Positions 13,201-23,936 are shown, counted from the first letter of the stretch. The stretch is 64,000 nucleotides of DNA from Phoronis australis (GCA_002633005.1 NMRA01000600.1:62001-126000); one strand, 5' to 3'. Notes: generated from the letters alone by a model not told the origin. Translations and numbers: made by a program.

Positions 13201-16200
13201 AGTTACCAGCAAAGTCTGCACACAGGAAGTATGTGCTTAGTCGGTGATAAATTGCAGGATAAATTTATCAGCGATTGCATATGCACTACACAGAGCTCAT
13301 TGCAGTGTACTTTATTTAAGACTTGATGAATCGTTCTGGTTTGGAGATATAAAGCTCATACATGTATATCAACACTGAGTGACACTGAGACTCAGGCCCA
13401 ACAACTGAGAGATCATGAAATTTGAAAAGCTTTACAAGACTTGCAAGATATAGCGGGATTGATATGACATCTGCTGGCACACAAAAGGATCTTTGCTTCA
13501 AAATGTCCCTTCAATCATCACTCAACATATGACTAACATATAATTAACTGACATTGGCGCTCACTCAGACACCGTGGTACAAATTATAGTTTCGTTACAC
13601 CTGAAAATTTGGCTCAATTTATGCATGGGTTATTTTGCTGACAGCCTCTAACAATCCAAAAATTAACTACTGGCTAAACAACAAAGTAGTGAGACGACTT
13701 CTACACTTCCACATACAATATGTACCGCACTATTTTTAGTAATAGTTAACTCATCACATGATCGTCTTTGTTGATGTCATCACTTTCTAGCCTCTGGATC
13801 AAGTCACGTCCACAGAACACACAAGAATATTGACACACAGACTGATTTACAATGTCTTTAAGGAAGACACCATTACCCTTTGCTACTATGGAGCATATAA
13901 GTGACCACCGTGACAGTTATCCACACATCAGCACAAATTGTAATTTCCTCAATAGGAACACATAAGGTATGCCAAACTACACAAAGATCCACAAAGGATG
14001 TGGCAGCTACTGAGGCAGTAGCAACTAAAACCCGCCACAAGGGTGCAGCACAGTCGAAGAATTTCCAAAATATGAATAGCCGAGATATCCTCAATTGGGC
14101 CACCCAATTACAACTCCATTAGGTCACGTGATGTCATCAAGAAGATGGCGGATTGAACGGGATGAACTGCTTGCAACTCCACAAAAATCCATGAAAAACT
14201 TCAATTAGTAGATACCGAGAGAGGCACGGTAATGAAATTGCTTTTAGGGGGCGCCAGAGCAGTTGGATGTATCTGAATCGGTGGCCCAGAAGCTCCCCTC
14301 AATAGAATTACACACATCAAATTTCATAAGAATCCGTCAACATTCATGCATAGGCAGGGAAAACTGAAATTGTCAATAGTGGGTGCCATAGTAAACTATT
14401 CAAAAAACTTAGTGTTGGTCATACTCTCCTTAGTAGGAACATATCTGCCAAACTTCACATGGGGCAGACTCCAAAAACAGACACAAAAAACAATCGGATA
14501 CTAGAACTGCATATGGACAGTCGAATATTTCTGAATCTGTGCATGTGCTATCATTTCCTCAATAGAAGCTTATTTACAAAATTTCATGAAGACACTCTAC
14601 CAAGGAACGTGATAAAAAACTTAACTGTCCCTAGGAGGCGCCACAGTGATCCACGTTATCTCAGTCTGTTGATGTCAATAGAAACATAATACATACAGAA
14701 TTGCAGGAAAATCCATCAAAGAACTTGGTAGATATTGAGGCAAAGACAAAATCAAAATGGCCACTAGATGGCAAAATGGCCACTATAGGGCAAAACAGTA
14801 GCTGTGCTAGTCAAAAAATCCAATGCCAGCAGAGGTCTTTTGAACAGGGAGACAATGGCCAAATATCATAATGATCTTTCCGACGATTTTTCCTACAGAG
14901 TAAATAATGAAAATGACCACGAGGAGGCGAAGAATACAAAATTGGAAAGAAGTCATCATTATCAACTCAACACAACGCATTTGTCAAATTTCGTAAAAAT
15001 CCGTCAAGGAACTTGAAACAAACAGAAGCGAACATAAAAAAATGTTACTACAAGGCGCGGCAGTAGTAAGTGTGCCTGGCAGCAGCCGTCACCAATCATT
15101 TACTTCACTGGAACACATAACATTTCATGAAGATATTGCAAAGCATTTAGGAGAAGCTACAATGGATGCCGGATGCCCAAACCCCCAGAAAATGATGATG
15201 ACAATATGCATTTTCTGTGAGTAGTTAGAGATCCCTGTTCATAATTTGACACAATGATTCTTTTAAAAATCTATCAACTAGTAATAACAAGAGCAACGCC
15301 GAGCGTTGAAATGCGCCCACAAATGCAGCACTAACGTGTGCTTCTAGGGGTGTTTCTTTGGAACACAAAAATGGCCACTAGATGGTGCAAAATATGTCGA
15401 ATCCATCCAACTTGTATGTGTCATCAAAGCTATTTACCAAGTTTCATAAAAATCCGTAAAGGAACTTTTGGGAAAACAGAGGAAAACGAAAAAATGAAAT
15501 TGCCACTAAGAGGTTATCAGCGTAAAAAAAAAACATAACTGCCACTAAGAGGTGCCGAAGTACTAGATAAAGTCATCAGAAAATCATCGTCAGACTTAAT
15601 CTTCACATTAGGAACATAAATGCCAATTTCCACAACCATCCTTAGAGTAGTTTGATTGACGGGGGGGGGAGACGCCAAATAACAAGACTCGAAACAGCGC
15701 AAAATGTTTCAAATTTCACGGAAAACCGAAAGACAGCATCACCTCACTAATAGATGCCTAACTGCCAAATTTTATGAAAATCCACTGACGATCCTTTAAG
15801 ATACAGAGGTAAATGTAAAAAAATAAAATTTCCACAAGGGGACACACCGGTAGCCCGATCCGTCCAAAAGTTGTCATCCTCCGTCATCAACTTCAACTAA
15901 AGACATCAGCAAAATTCAGTAAAGATCATGTACATCATTTAGGAGATACAGCCATGGGCGCAAAAAAACAACAAAACTGCCATTAGAAGGCGCCATAGTA
16001 ATCAAAGTCATCGGAAAATCGTCAGCCGCCATCTTCACAGCAAGAACATTAATGCCAATTTTCAAAATCATCCCAAGAGCGGATTGGTTGATAGAACAGC
16101 GGACGAAAAAAAACAGACTCGAAAACAGTAAAAATGGCCACTAGGAGACGCAAAGAACCCTGAATCCGTCGGGAGGATGGCATCATCTCACTAATAGATG

Positions 16201-19065
16201 TCTAACTGTCAAATTTCATGAAAATGCATAGAGGAACTCAAAATGTACAGAGGTAAGCGTAAAAAATTAGAATTGCCACAAGGGGGCACACCAGTTGTCG
16301 GACAAATCTGAAATCCATTGTCACCCATCTTCAGCTTCATGGGAACACATCTGCCAAAATCTCATTATCATTCTGTAAGGGTTTAGGAGATACAGCCATG
16401 GGTTCAAATACAAACAAAACTGCCGCTAGGAGGCGCCCCAGTTGTCGAAGTTGTCAGAAAAACACTGTCAGTCGCCCTCTTCACAGTAAGAACATTTATG
16501 CCAATTTTCAAAATCATCCCAAGAGCAGTTTGGTTGATAGAATGGCGGACGCCAAAAAAAAAAAACGAAAACGGTAAAAATGGCCAATAGGTGGTGCAAA
16601 GTACCTTGAATCCCTCCAAAAACGGTAGGATGGCATCATCTCACTAATAGATGCCTAACTGCCAAATTTTATGAAAATCCGTTGAGGACCTCCGAAGATA
16701 GAGGTTAGAGTAAAAATTGCCACTAGGGGCCTCACTGGAGAGGTTCGAAATTCGTCGTTGTCCGTCATCAGCTTCATGGAAATACATCTGCCAAATCTCA
16801 TCAAGATCCTGTGATGGGTTTAGGAGGTACAGCCGCAGACGCCGGACGACCAGACACAGATGACGGCAATATGCGACCACATACAAATACAGTGTATGTG
16901 GGCGCATAAAAATGGAGACTTCTTCATATAATAACATGTAAAGCAGGCAGACTACTTTTCAAAAGCTCATTGCCACTATGCACTATACTCGGTCAATTAA
17001 ACACTAAGATTAAACTAAGGTCAAGTTATATTGCCATATCAGAGGGTACAAGAATGAAATGTGACATCGTCACTAAGAGGTCACTAAGACATTGTTACCC
17101 AAACTTACATATAGGCTCCCCGAGTTGTCGGAAGCGAGCCTTGACCTCTGCGTCGTCAGTGCTCACATGAATCTGTCGCGCTTTCTTCCGCTGCTCAAAC
17201 TGGGCCAGTAGCTCCGTTGTAGCCTCACTCCTGTCCTCGATCTCCAAGTGGTCACCTGAAATTGACAAAAATACTACATAATGATACATACACTCACCAT
17301 GTGATCACAGAAGAGAATAATTGTATTAAGAAAATACAAAATATTCTGTTGCTAATGTTAAACTAAGTTTTGCCACAACAGAAGTATTTTTGGATGATCA
17401 TAATTTGTTTTTTCATGTCAACTTCACATCAATAATGAATTGAATCTCATATGAATGCAATACGATACGTCAGATGGTTAATAAGAAGTCATATTCCCAG
17501 TTAATATACTACATCAAGCAAGGTCTATCAACAATAACGACAAGTTATACGATTTCTTATCACGGGACAATGATAACAACGAGATTTCCATGATCTTGGA
17601 AAACAGAGGATTTCTGTTATTTTTTTCTTAACAACTGCGACCTATAAAACAAGGATGTTGAAGTACATCTCACCACATCTTAGACTTTCTTGTACGTTCT
17701 GATGTAGCTTGCAGGAGTCAAAAACGGTAACAATAACAACATGTGGAAAACAATTTTCTAAAACCTAATCAGCAACACCCAGTATTAGCAAAATGCATGA
17801 GCTGATCATGCACCTGTAGAAAGGATAAAAGGGAATAAAGCATTCTTTGAAAGAACATTGACTTCAACACAAGGGCATTCTCCAGGTGGACACATAAAAA
17901 GTCCAGGTCCAAATTTAAATTTCCAGGATGAAAATTATTTTATAAAGTAATGTTGTAGCCAGATGGGGTACTATTTCAAGTTTTTTCAGCACGTTCTGGG
18001 TTTGAAATTTCGCTTTTAGTTGCTCGTCTTACTAACAAAAACGAAACTGAAAATATCAAAAGATTTACGCAGCACTTGTAATTAAGGCTTCAATAGAATT
18101 TATTAAAAGAAATGTTAAAATTTTTCAATTAAACATAGCTTTTACCGAGACTGTCTTGAAGTAGACAATCTTTTTTCTCTCCAAGACGTAATTTCTTTAA
18201 AACATTGGCCACCACAATAATGGCCATGGTGGCCCCTAGATGAGTTGTTTTCCTAAATGACGCCCTTTCAACCCATAATCAAAATATCCTGACTGAAATG
18301 AAGCTTCTAAAAGTTTTCTCAATTTCTTGTGTTGCACCAAGAAAATGGCTGCAACAACAGGATGGCATTTAATGTTATGAGTTTGCCAGAAAAAAAATGT
18401 ACGGTTATGATCATCTTGATTCATGGCGAAACTGATTTTAGATACAAATAACACAAAATCCAAGGGAGATTACTCCGCAGTTTAGGAAGTGATTAGCAGG
18501 AAGATGGAGGAACAAAGATAGTTGTAAAACATGTTATTATTTCAACTGGCAATTATTTTTTCAAGTGGCATTCCACATTTTGAGTTTTTCATTAAATCGT
18601 GATTCAACGTTAGACAAAATGCTTATGCAAAACTAGTTGAAACTGGTCAAACTAACTAATACTAAGTGATTGAAAGTTTTTTTTACTACGAACTAACGTC
18701 AGTTAGACAGAAAACTCCAATATGTTGTTTGACTAACGTCAAAATTCTATAAAATATTTGTAGGGAGATTCAAACGAAAAGAATGGTAATTTCAAAAAAA
18801 AACAAGCAAGTAAGCGTGTATGCCTGTTACATGTGTGCATGAACTTTTCTTCTTTAAACGTCAAGTACTCGCTAACATTTTCCAACAAGCAAAATAAACC
18901 TGGCCATTTCTTACCATCAGACATATTGATGTTGCCGGCATTGACACCAATCTCAATGGCTGACGTTGTGTTCCCCGTCCCCCTCTTGAGGTGCTCTTCA
19001 AGGGTGCCATAGTGAGTTGTCTTTTGTTTCTTGGAGTACTGGACTTCACTTTCGTCGTCTGACAT
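1026..19065 (-). CDS. PRPF4: PRPF4 / U4/U6 snRNP protein Prp4, whole spliced gene model with 12 coding exons: 18915-19065, 17109-17255, 12518-12639, 11597-11770, 8815-8909, 7521-7579, 6985-7108, 6421-6513, 5185-5307, 4148-4255, 3414-3532, 1026-1222 (1512 nt, 503 aa)
   Basis: All introns are GT-AG and the phases join into one open frame. The protein has the Prp4 SFM motif ([34 protein letters not shown]), then WYHEG...YSLPRA, then WD40 repeats ([78 protein letters not shown]...SYDRTFKLW). Confidence 0.97.
1371..1537. mobile_element. Short CAGGGGCGGATCC-type MITE
   Basis: Termini caggggcggatcc / aaatccgcaactg; imperfect 5-bp TSD ctcaa/ctcac. Confidence 0.55.
1781..1837. repeat. 18-bp tandem repeat x3 (gcaggatgtgggttcatg)
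   Basis: Directly visible. Confidence 0.85.
2201..2362. repeat. ~54-bp tandem repeat x3 (aattgtatgacacagacggttcacaaagatctactttcactcaccttgcatgtc)
   Basis: Directly visible; explains the repetitive ORF at 2203-2439. Confidence 0.85.
3414..3532 (-). CDS. PRPF4: PRPF4 coding exon 11 ([39 protein letters not shown])
   Basis: tgtttag acceptor, GTAAGT donor. Confidence 0.95.
4148..4255 (-). CDS. PRPF4: PRPF4 coding exon 10 ([36 protein letters not shown])
   Basis: tttacag acceptor, GTAAGT donor. Confidence 0.95.
5185..5307 (-). CDS. PRPF4: PRPF4 coding exon 9 ([41 protein letters not shown])
   Basis: cattccag acceptor, GTGAGT donor. Confidence 0.95.
5313..5680. repeat. 60-bp minisatellite x6 abutting the 3' splice site of PRPF4 exon 9
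   Basis: Unit atgatgataaggcttcaattacYatgcaataatgtataaacttcaacagaactagttatt; units start at 5313 (8 nt longer), 5381, 5441, 5501, 5561 and 5621. Confidence 0.95.
5817..5900. repeat. Perfect ~28-bp inverted repeat (hairpin) in PRPF4 intron 8
   Basis: aaaaaaaacatgtttcatgttcaactta ... taagttgaacatgaaacatgtttttttt. Confidence 0.85.
6421..6513 (-). CDS. PRPF4: PRPF4 coding exon 8 ([30 protein letters not shown])
   Basis: tttacag acceptor, GTAGGC donor. Confidence 0.95.
6626..6770. mobile_element. Small foldback element with an internal B-box-like hairpin
   Basis: Arms tcacctgttggccacatc / gatgttgccaacaggtga; internal ctgaccgggttcgagtcccagtcag; the end aggtgacgagcaga is shared with 22220-22233. 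Confidence 0.45.
6985..7108 (-). CDS. PRPF4: PRPF4 coding exon 7 ([16 protein letters not shown]...[10 protein letters not shown])
   Basis: cctacag acceptor, GTGAGT donor, WD40 repeat. Confidence 0.95.
7521..7579 (-). CDS. PRPF4: PRPF4 coding exon 6 ([19 protein letters not shown])
   Basis: ttttcag acceptor, GTAAGC donor. Confidence 0.95.
8815..8909 (-). CDS. PRPF4: PRPF4 coding exon 5 ([32 protein letters not shown])
   Basis: ttgcag acceptor, GTAAGT donor. Confidence 0.95.
8910..11228. repeat. Near-identical direct duplication of intron sequence on either side of an N gap (8910-9885 versus 9950-11228); probably an uncollapsed haplotype
   Basis: The two copies align with SNPs and indels and are separated by Ns at 9886-9949. 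Copy 2 has a 20-bp unit (gcaagctcacccctagtgca) expanded x5 at ~10717-10817. Confidence 0.8.
11597..11770 (-). CDS. PRPF4: PRPF4 coding exon 4 ([32 protein letters not shown]...QKKLR)
   Basis: ttcctcag acceptor, GTAAGT donor, conserved WYHEG and YSLPRA motifs. Confidence 0.95.
12518..12639 (-). CDS. PRPF4: PRPF4 coding exon 3 ([41 protein letters not shown])
   Basis: ctacag acceptor, GAG|GTACGA donor, second half of the SFM domain. Confidence 0.95.
13960..15230 (-). mobile_element. Older, degenerate copy of the same core tandem-repeat family as the 15286-16912 element
   Basis: Recurring aaatttcat(g/a)a.aatcc and ccactag-like motifs; gatgatgacaatatgc resembles the 5' part of the younger copy; boundaries approximate. 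Confidence 0.55.
15286..16912 (-). mobile_element. DINE-1/HINE-type (Helentron-associated) non-autonomous element with an internal ~148-bp tandem repeat organised as a ~444-bp higher-order repeat
   Basis: The minus strand reads, in order: TTTTTATGCGCCCAC (5' subTIR), its nearby inverted partner GTGGTCGCATA, a GTCY-like microsatellite, core repeats, GTGGGCGCAT (3' subTIR), stem-loop CAACGCTCGGCGTTG, and the end CTCTTGTT. Confidence 0.75.
17109..17255 (-). CDS. PRPF4: PRPF4 coding exon 2 (GDHLEIEDR...[24 protein letters not shown])
   Basis: tttcag acceptor, GTAAGT donor, first half of the SFM domain. Confidence 0.95.
18915..19065 (-). CDS. PRPF4: PRPF4 coding exon 1 ([24 protein letters not shown]...NAGNINMSD)
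   Basis: The ATG follows an in-frame TAA and an acceptor ...aaatacag (AG at 19077-19078), so an upstream non-coding exon is implied. Donor G|GTAAGA. Confidence 0.9.
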
Positions 19066-19572
19066 GCTTGATTAGACTGTATTTAGAAGGTGGCAATGTG
19101 GATATCAACAATAACTAATAGTCTTCACTAAATTATGAGCGTTGTGAAAACAAGTGTAGTAGAAACTTATCAATATTGGTTAGACAGACAGAATGTACTC
19201 TGTTCTAAACTTTGGATAAAATTTGTACTGTTGTTCAAATTACTGAATTCTACAAATAGCCTCCACCAATATACATTTAGGTTAGATGACCTACTGTAGT
19301 GCACATCTAATTACGTATTTACATGATTTACAGCAGAAACAGCTTCACAAATTGGGGAAAAATTCACTGGATCGGGAGACTTCACCGAATCGGGCAATTT
19401 CACTGGTTTGAAGACGAATAAATCTCCCAATCGAGAGAATTTCCTTTCTAACTTTTGGCCGCAAGTCAGCCAGCTAGATGTATAAAGAGAAGACCATCGC
19501 CAAAATACAGCTTGGCACCACTGCATGTTCAACGCCGACGAGACCTCGAAATTGGACACAACCCGATTAACT

Positions 19573-22233
19573 GTGCTCGTCAGCTCACCATGAAACTTGT
19601 ATTAACATGTAGAGCTAAAGACCTGCGGGGGTGCTTGCAAAATCTGTGTGACAACCAACACTCACATTGCCCGCTACAGCCATTTATGTGAAAAACAATC
19701 TAATAAACAATAGTGACAACACATATCCTAAATTTTTTGCGACATCTCTTTGCAGCAGCAAAATTTGTTCTGAAATTTGGTTTGCTAGTACTGAATTCTA
19801 ACAACTATTAATGAAGTGAAACCATTTCCGATAATTTGTTGCAACATGTATGCAACCTCATGAATGACGAACAGTTGACTGGTCAATAGGTGACGCAATG
19901 TTTGAAAGCACCGAAAGCCCACACTAAATTCTAAAGATCTTTCCACAACATTAGCAGCAGAATAACGGTAGAACGCCTAATTTTCGAAAATCGGTAAATA
20001 ATTTAGTTTACTCAAGCAAGAGTGTAGTTGTTAAAGGATAATGCCACCCAAAAAACAACCTATTTTGCATCAATTTAGATCGAGTAGTTCTACTCCACAA
20101 CACGGGTTACTGGTATCAGCTTATCGCTTGAATTCGTCGTTTAACACCAATAAATCATCAAACTTCCATGTAAAACCCTAAAAACGTAAAAACGTAGCCT
20201 ACAAAGTTCATCAGGCCAATTTACCAAGGTCCGTAGCTGGAGTTTGGGGTCTGTTCGGAGATAAATTCGAAGTACTCTTCCGTGAAATACAGACTGGAGA
20301 ACCTAGAACTGTGTTGTTTAGACTTGTGATTTTTTTTAGTTCTAAACCCACAAAACGCTCGTTATCCCGGCCAGTGGCTCGGAACCCAATCAGGCCCGTC
20401 GCGGCTGCCGGGATTGGCACGAACATAAACAAGCTCGAGTTGGAAATTAAACCTACAGTCACGAAAAGACTATAATTGTGAGCCCAAGAAATAATGTGCA
20501 CGTAATTATTTATGTGAATTAGCCACGAAACTTAAAATCTACTCACTTGTTGGGGGCCGCGAAGTCAGGTTCCCCTTCCACAGATCATCATGGCAAAGGT
20601 TGTACAGTAACAATGATTTGAATAATGTATTTGTATTTCTAAATAAACATTCCCCTATAACATATGACTATAGCATATAAAATCGAGTAATTCCACAAGA
20701 GCTTTCTGTCAGCAAACACTGAATTAGCATGCGCTCAAAAGGCCTCTGTGCCCAGTCAATTATCAATTACCTTTATTGCCGGTATCAAGCCGGTAACGCA
20801 GTGGTTTACTTATTGCTGTCTTCTCAACATTCGCACTCACGAATACTGCAAAGGCATTACAAATTGTATCTAATGAGACAGACTTTGTTTCAGTTTTATA
20901 TAAGCATTGGTTAGGATGAGAATCATTCATTTTGAAACAGAACACAGACATGGCAACTCGCTTGGCACCAATGCCATCTTAGTCAAGAGCTCATCTGACG
21001 AAAAGTTCACGGGTCGGATTGTTAGGTTTCACATGAGTTCGAATCGGAATACACTGATCAAAAAATACTAGAGAGGCGCTGTGAAAACCCACAGGCAACG
21101 GAACGAATGGATAGTTCTTTGGTAAGCGGGAATTCGTCAGAGAAACACTGTCGACGAAATTCTGGCCACAGAGTCTGACACAGATATATTTCACGGCCTC
21201 ATACTTCCTATTAACAGCGTCATCTTTTATTCTTCACTACCACGAACCTTCCTAAGCATTTCGGGCTCTCGAGGAAGTCGATATACCTGCTTTCTTCGCA
21301 GCCTCATAGCTCGGACAAGCGGGAACGATGCACCGCAATATAGTGGCAATCACTCTGCAGACAAACCACTGATGTTGTGCGTCGTTCCTCACCTTCCTCA
21401 CAGGTTAACGCGACACCTCTCGACAAGGTGAGATCGAACGTATAAGAGGCGATGTGGATATAGACCGATTAAGTTGGTAAAAAAAGACTAATTAAATCGG
21501 GTGGCATTCTCCTTTAATGATACTAATTCTGGGTCGGATTTTATCTTAGTATACAGCTTTGCGCCAAGGCTAGCTGGCTTGTGTTTAGCCTTGGTATACG
21601 GCTTTGTGCCGATGTGGGTAAGAAACTCACCAAGTAAAATCTGACACAGAAGTAGTGTCTTTAACAACTGCACTGACTTGCTTGAGTCAACTAAATTATT
21701 TACCGGTATAGGAAAAATTGACGTTCTACCATTCTTCTGCAGCTAAAGTTGTGGAGCAATCTTCTGTGTCGTCTTTCCGCACAATGAAATATTGCGTCAC
21801 CTATTGGCCAGTTTCTTTTTTTCGCCACTCCTTCGATCAACTTTTGTTCTTTCAGGTTTCGTACACATCACAACAAATTATTGGAACTGCTTTCACTTCA
21901 TTATAAGTTTTTAGAATTTTGATACCGACAAACCGAATTTCAAAAGGAATTTTCAGGCTGCCAAGCTGTCATCATCTCCCAACAGATGTCTACAAAATTC
22001 AGGAAATGGCACATGCATGTGTCACCAGTGTATTGTTTTCAAAACGATGACATAACTTTTCTGTGTTTGAAAAGGCAGAGAATTACACAAGAAAATGATG
22101 TTTATTGGATTGTTTTCCACTATAAACTGCTGTAATGGGCAAGGTGTCGTTTGATTCCCAGATTTTAAATGCACCCCGTCCGGCCTTTAGCTCTACATGT
22201 TGATACAGGTTTCACAGAGAGGTGACGAGCAGA
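19573..22233. mobile_element. Long degenerate foldback (palindromic) element with ~500-bp arms, interrupted at a TTAA by a Kolobok insertion
   Basis: 19573-20034 plus 21518-21550 is the reverse complement of ~21625-22233 (e.g. ggtcaataggtgacgcaat / attgcgtcacctattggcc; aacatgtagagctaaag / ctttagctctacatgtt; cggtaaataatttagtt / aactaaattatttaccg). Confidence 0.8.
20035..21513 (-). mobile_element. Kolobok-type non-autonomous DNA transposon with a decayed THAP domain
   Basis: TTAA TSDs at 20031-20034 and 21514-21517; TIR AGGATAATGCCACCC / GGGTGGCATTCTCCT; the minus strand encodes a frameshifted LRCIVPACPSYEAAKKAGIS..RLPREPEMLRK..RLCGQNFVDS. Confidence 0.85.
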
Positions 22234-22239
22234 ACTATC

Positions 22240-22990
22240 CTGGTTGTGTTTACTTTCAGGGTCTATGGAAAATTAACACACAGTGGTACCTAGCTGTATT
22301 TTGACGATAGTCTTCATGCAGCGAGCTGGCTGGCAAGCTTGTGTTGTGAGAGCCTGTCCGTGCTTAAGTCATAATATGATACACAGAACAAGTCATAGTT
22401 AAAAAATCACTTGTGTCTAATCAACCTTCTTGTCTGGAGTTTTTCTATTACAATATTAATAATAATTAGTATGATAATAATAGATTCCAATACCCACTTC
22501 GGCTTTTTTTTAAACACAGAACTCAAAAGTCTATGGAGGCAGACATGTTGAACCGGAAGTTGCGTTGGTTCCAGGATGCCTTTCTCTAATGCTTTAAACA
22601 CCAAATCCACGGTGTTTTGAAAACTTTATCTTACATTTTTATGATTTCCACGTATTTATTTTTAATTTTTTTGATAATTCATACATATTTTAGAGAAAAA
22701 AGTTGTCTTGATAATGTCTCGTATAAATTCGTATGTACGATAGTTGCGGCGCCAGATTCAAGTAGCTGTCTCGTCTACTACAGTAGGGTACATATTTCTA
22801 TGTAAGTAACTCTGCATTCGTCATAGTCTCGGAAGGTTACCCAGTGTTAACAGGTTATATTTACTACTAACTGCCAGTTTTTAGACGTTTCTTGCCGGTC
22901 TTTACTCAGGCAACTTCTTTCTAGGCGATGTAATTGCCTATGACGACTTAGCCAGCCAGCTGTATCATGGCATGCCTATCATGGATACAG
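22240..22990. promoter_or_regulatory. Putative bidirectional promoter and non-coding first exons shared by PRPF4 (-) and CDC26 (+)
   Basis: Main non-repeat island between two divergent genes whose first coding exons both begin with acceptors. ETS/GABP-type ACCGGAAGT at ~22552; donor-like GTAAGT at 22802 on the + strand. Confidence 0.5.
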
Positions 22991-22991
22991 C

Positions 22992-23936
22992 TAGGCAATG
23001 ACCATCGCCTCTGTCGGCCCGAACCAGAGGCGATGCACATCCTATAGGCGCTCTGTACTCCGCAAGCTTTTCAGCGAATCATGCCTCGTACCAACTAAAC
23101 CATCAAAGTCACGTTATAAATACCGTTTGCGCATAGAGGAACACCTTAGGACTAGGAGGTTGTCGATGTGTTTAATTCCTTCCAACTCGAACAAATACTC
23201 CCGTTATGAAACTTTTTCTTCGAGCTGTCCCTATTACAGTTCCCAAAATCATGAACTCAACATTTTCACTCGGCGCACGCCAAGAGATTTTTGTAACCAG
23301 GCCAAACGTCAGAAGTTGTGGTCCTACCGGCGAACTTTAAAAGCTGAAGTTCCCGCCCTTTGCGTACGTGCTGCCGGGAACCAGCCGTGCATTTGCGGTG
23401 TTGTTAAATATTAAAATGTCAAATATGTGCACAAAGACTATTAAATGTCATATCAACAGCATTTATTTTTATCAAATACAAACAATAATTCATTGAAATA
23501 CAACCAGTTTCAAGTAACGCCAATTAAAGACAAGTGGTGGCATTTTGGAAACGAACATTTGACTGACAAGACCGCAATGGCTCACCTTTGGCCCATTTAA
23601 AGATTGAGGTCATGAAGTCACATCACCTAGCGAGCGCGGTAAAAATTGGAGCGTGCGCAGTATAAAAATGTTGAGTTCACGATTTTGGGAACTGAACGAA
23701 TGACTGCTCGCACAAAAAGTTCGATAATGGAAGTATTTGTTCGAGTTGGAAGGAATTAAACACACCGCCAACCTCCTAAGGTGTCCCTCTATACGCAAAA
23801 GGTATTTATAACAACGCGACTTTCATGCTTTAGCCAGTGCGAGGCATAATTCGCCGAAAAGCTTCTGGCGTATGGAGCGCCTATAGGAGCTGCATCGCCT
23901 CTGGTTCGGGCCAACAGAGGCGATGAACATTGCCTA
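22992..23936. mobile_element. Foldback MITE with ~300-bp TIRs and TAG...CTA termini (possibly Academ-related)
   Basis: taggcaatgaccatcgcctctgtcggcccgaaccagaggcgatgca... versus ...tgcatcgcctctggttcgggccaacagaggcgatgaacattgccta. No TSD seen. ORFs 22998-23414 and 23610-23798 mirror each other. Confidence 0.85.

Noticed and set aside
13390-13522. Possible intronic C/D box snoRNA on the minus strand (GTGATGA ... CTGA)
   Set aside because: The terminal stem is weak and no rRNA or snRNA antisense element could be recognised; an Rfam or snoscan search would be needed.
1026-19065. Minor-class (U12) introns in PRPF4
   Set aside because: All 11 coding-region donors are ordinary GT sites and none matches RTATCCTT.
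22998-23414. 138-aa ORF and its similar partner at 23610-23798
   Set aside because: Both are translations of the two arms of a MITE inverted repeat and show no protein features.
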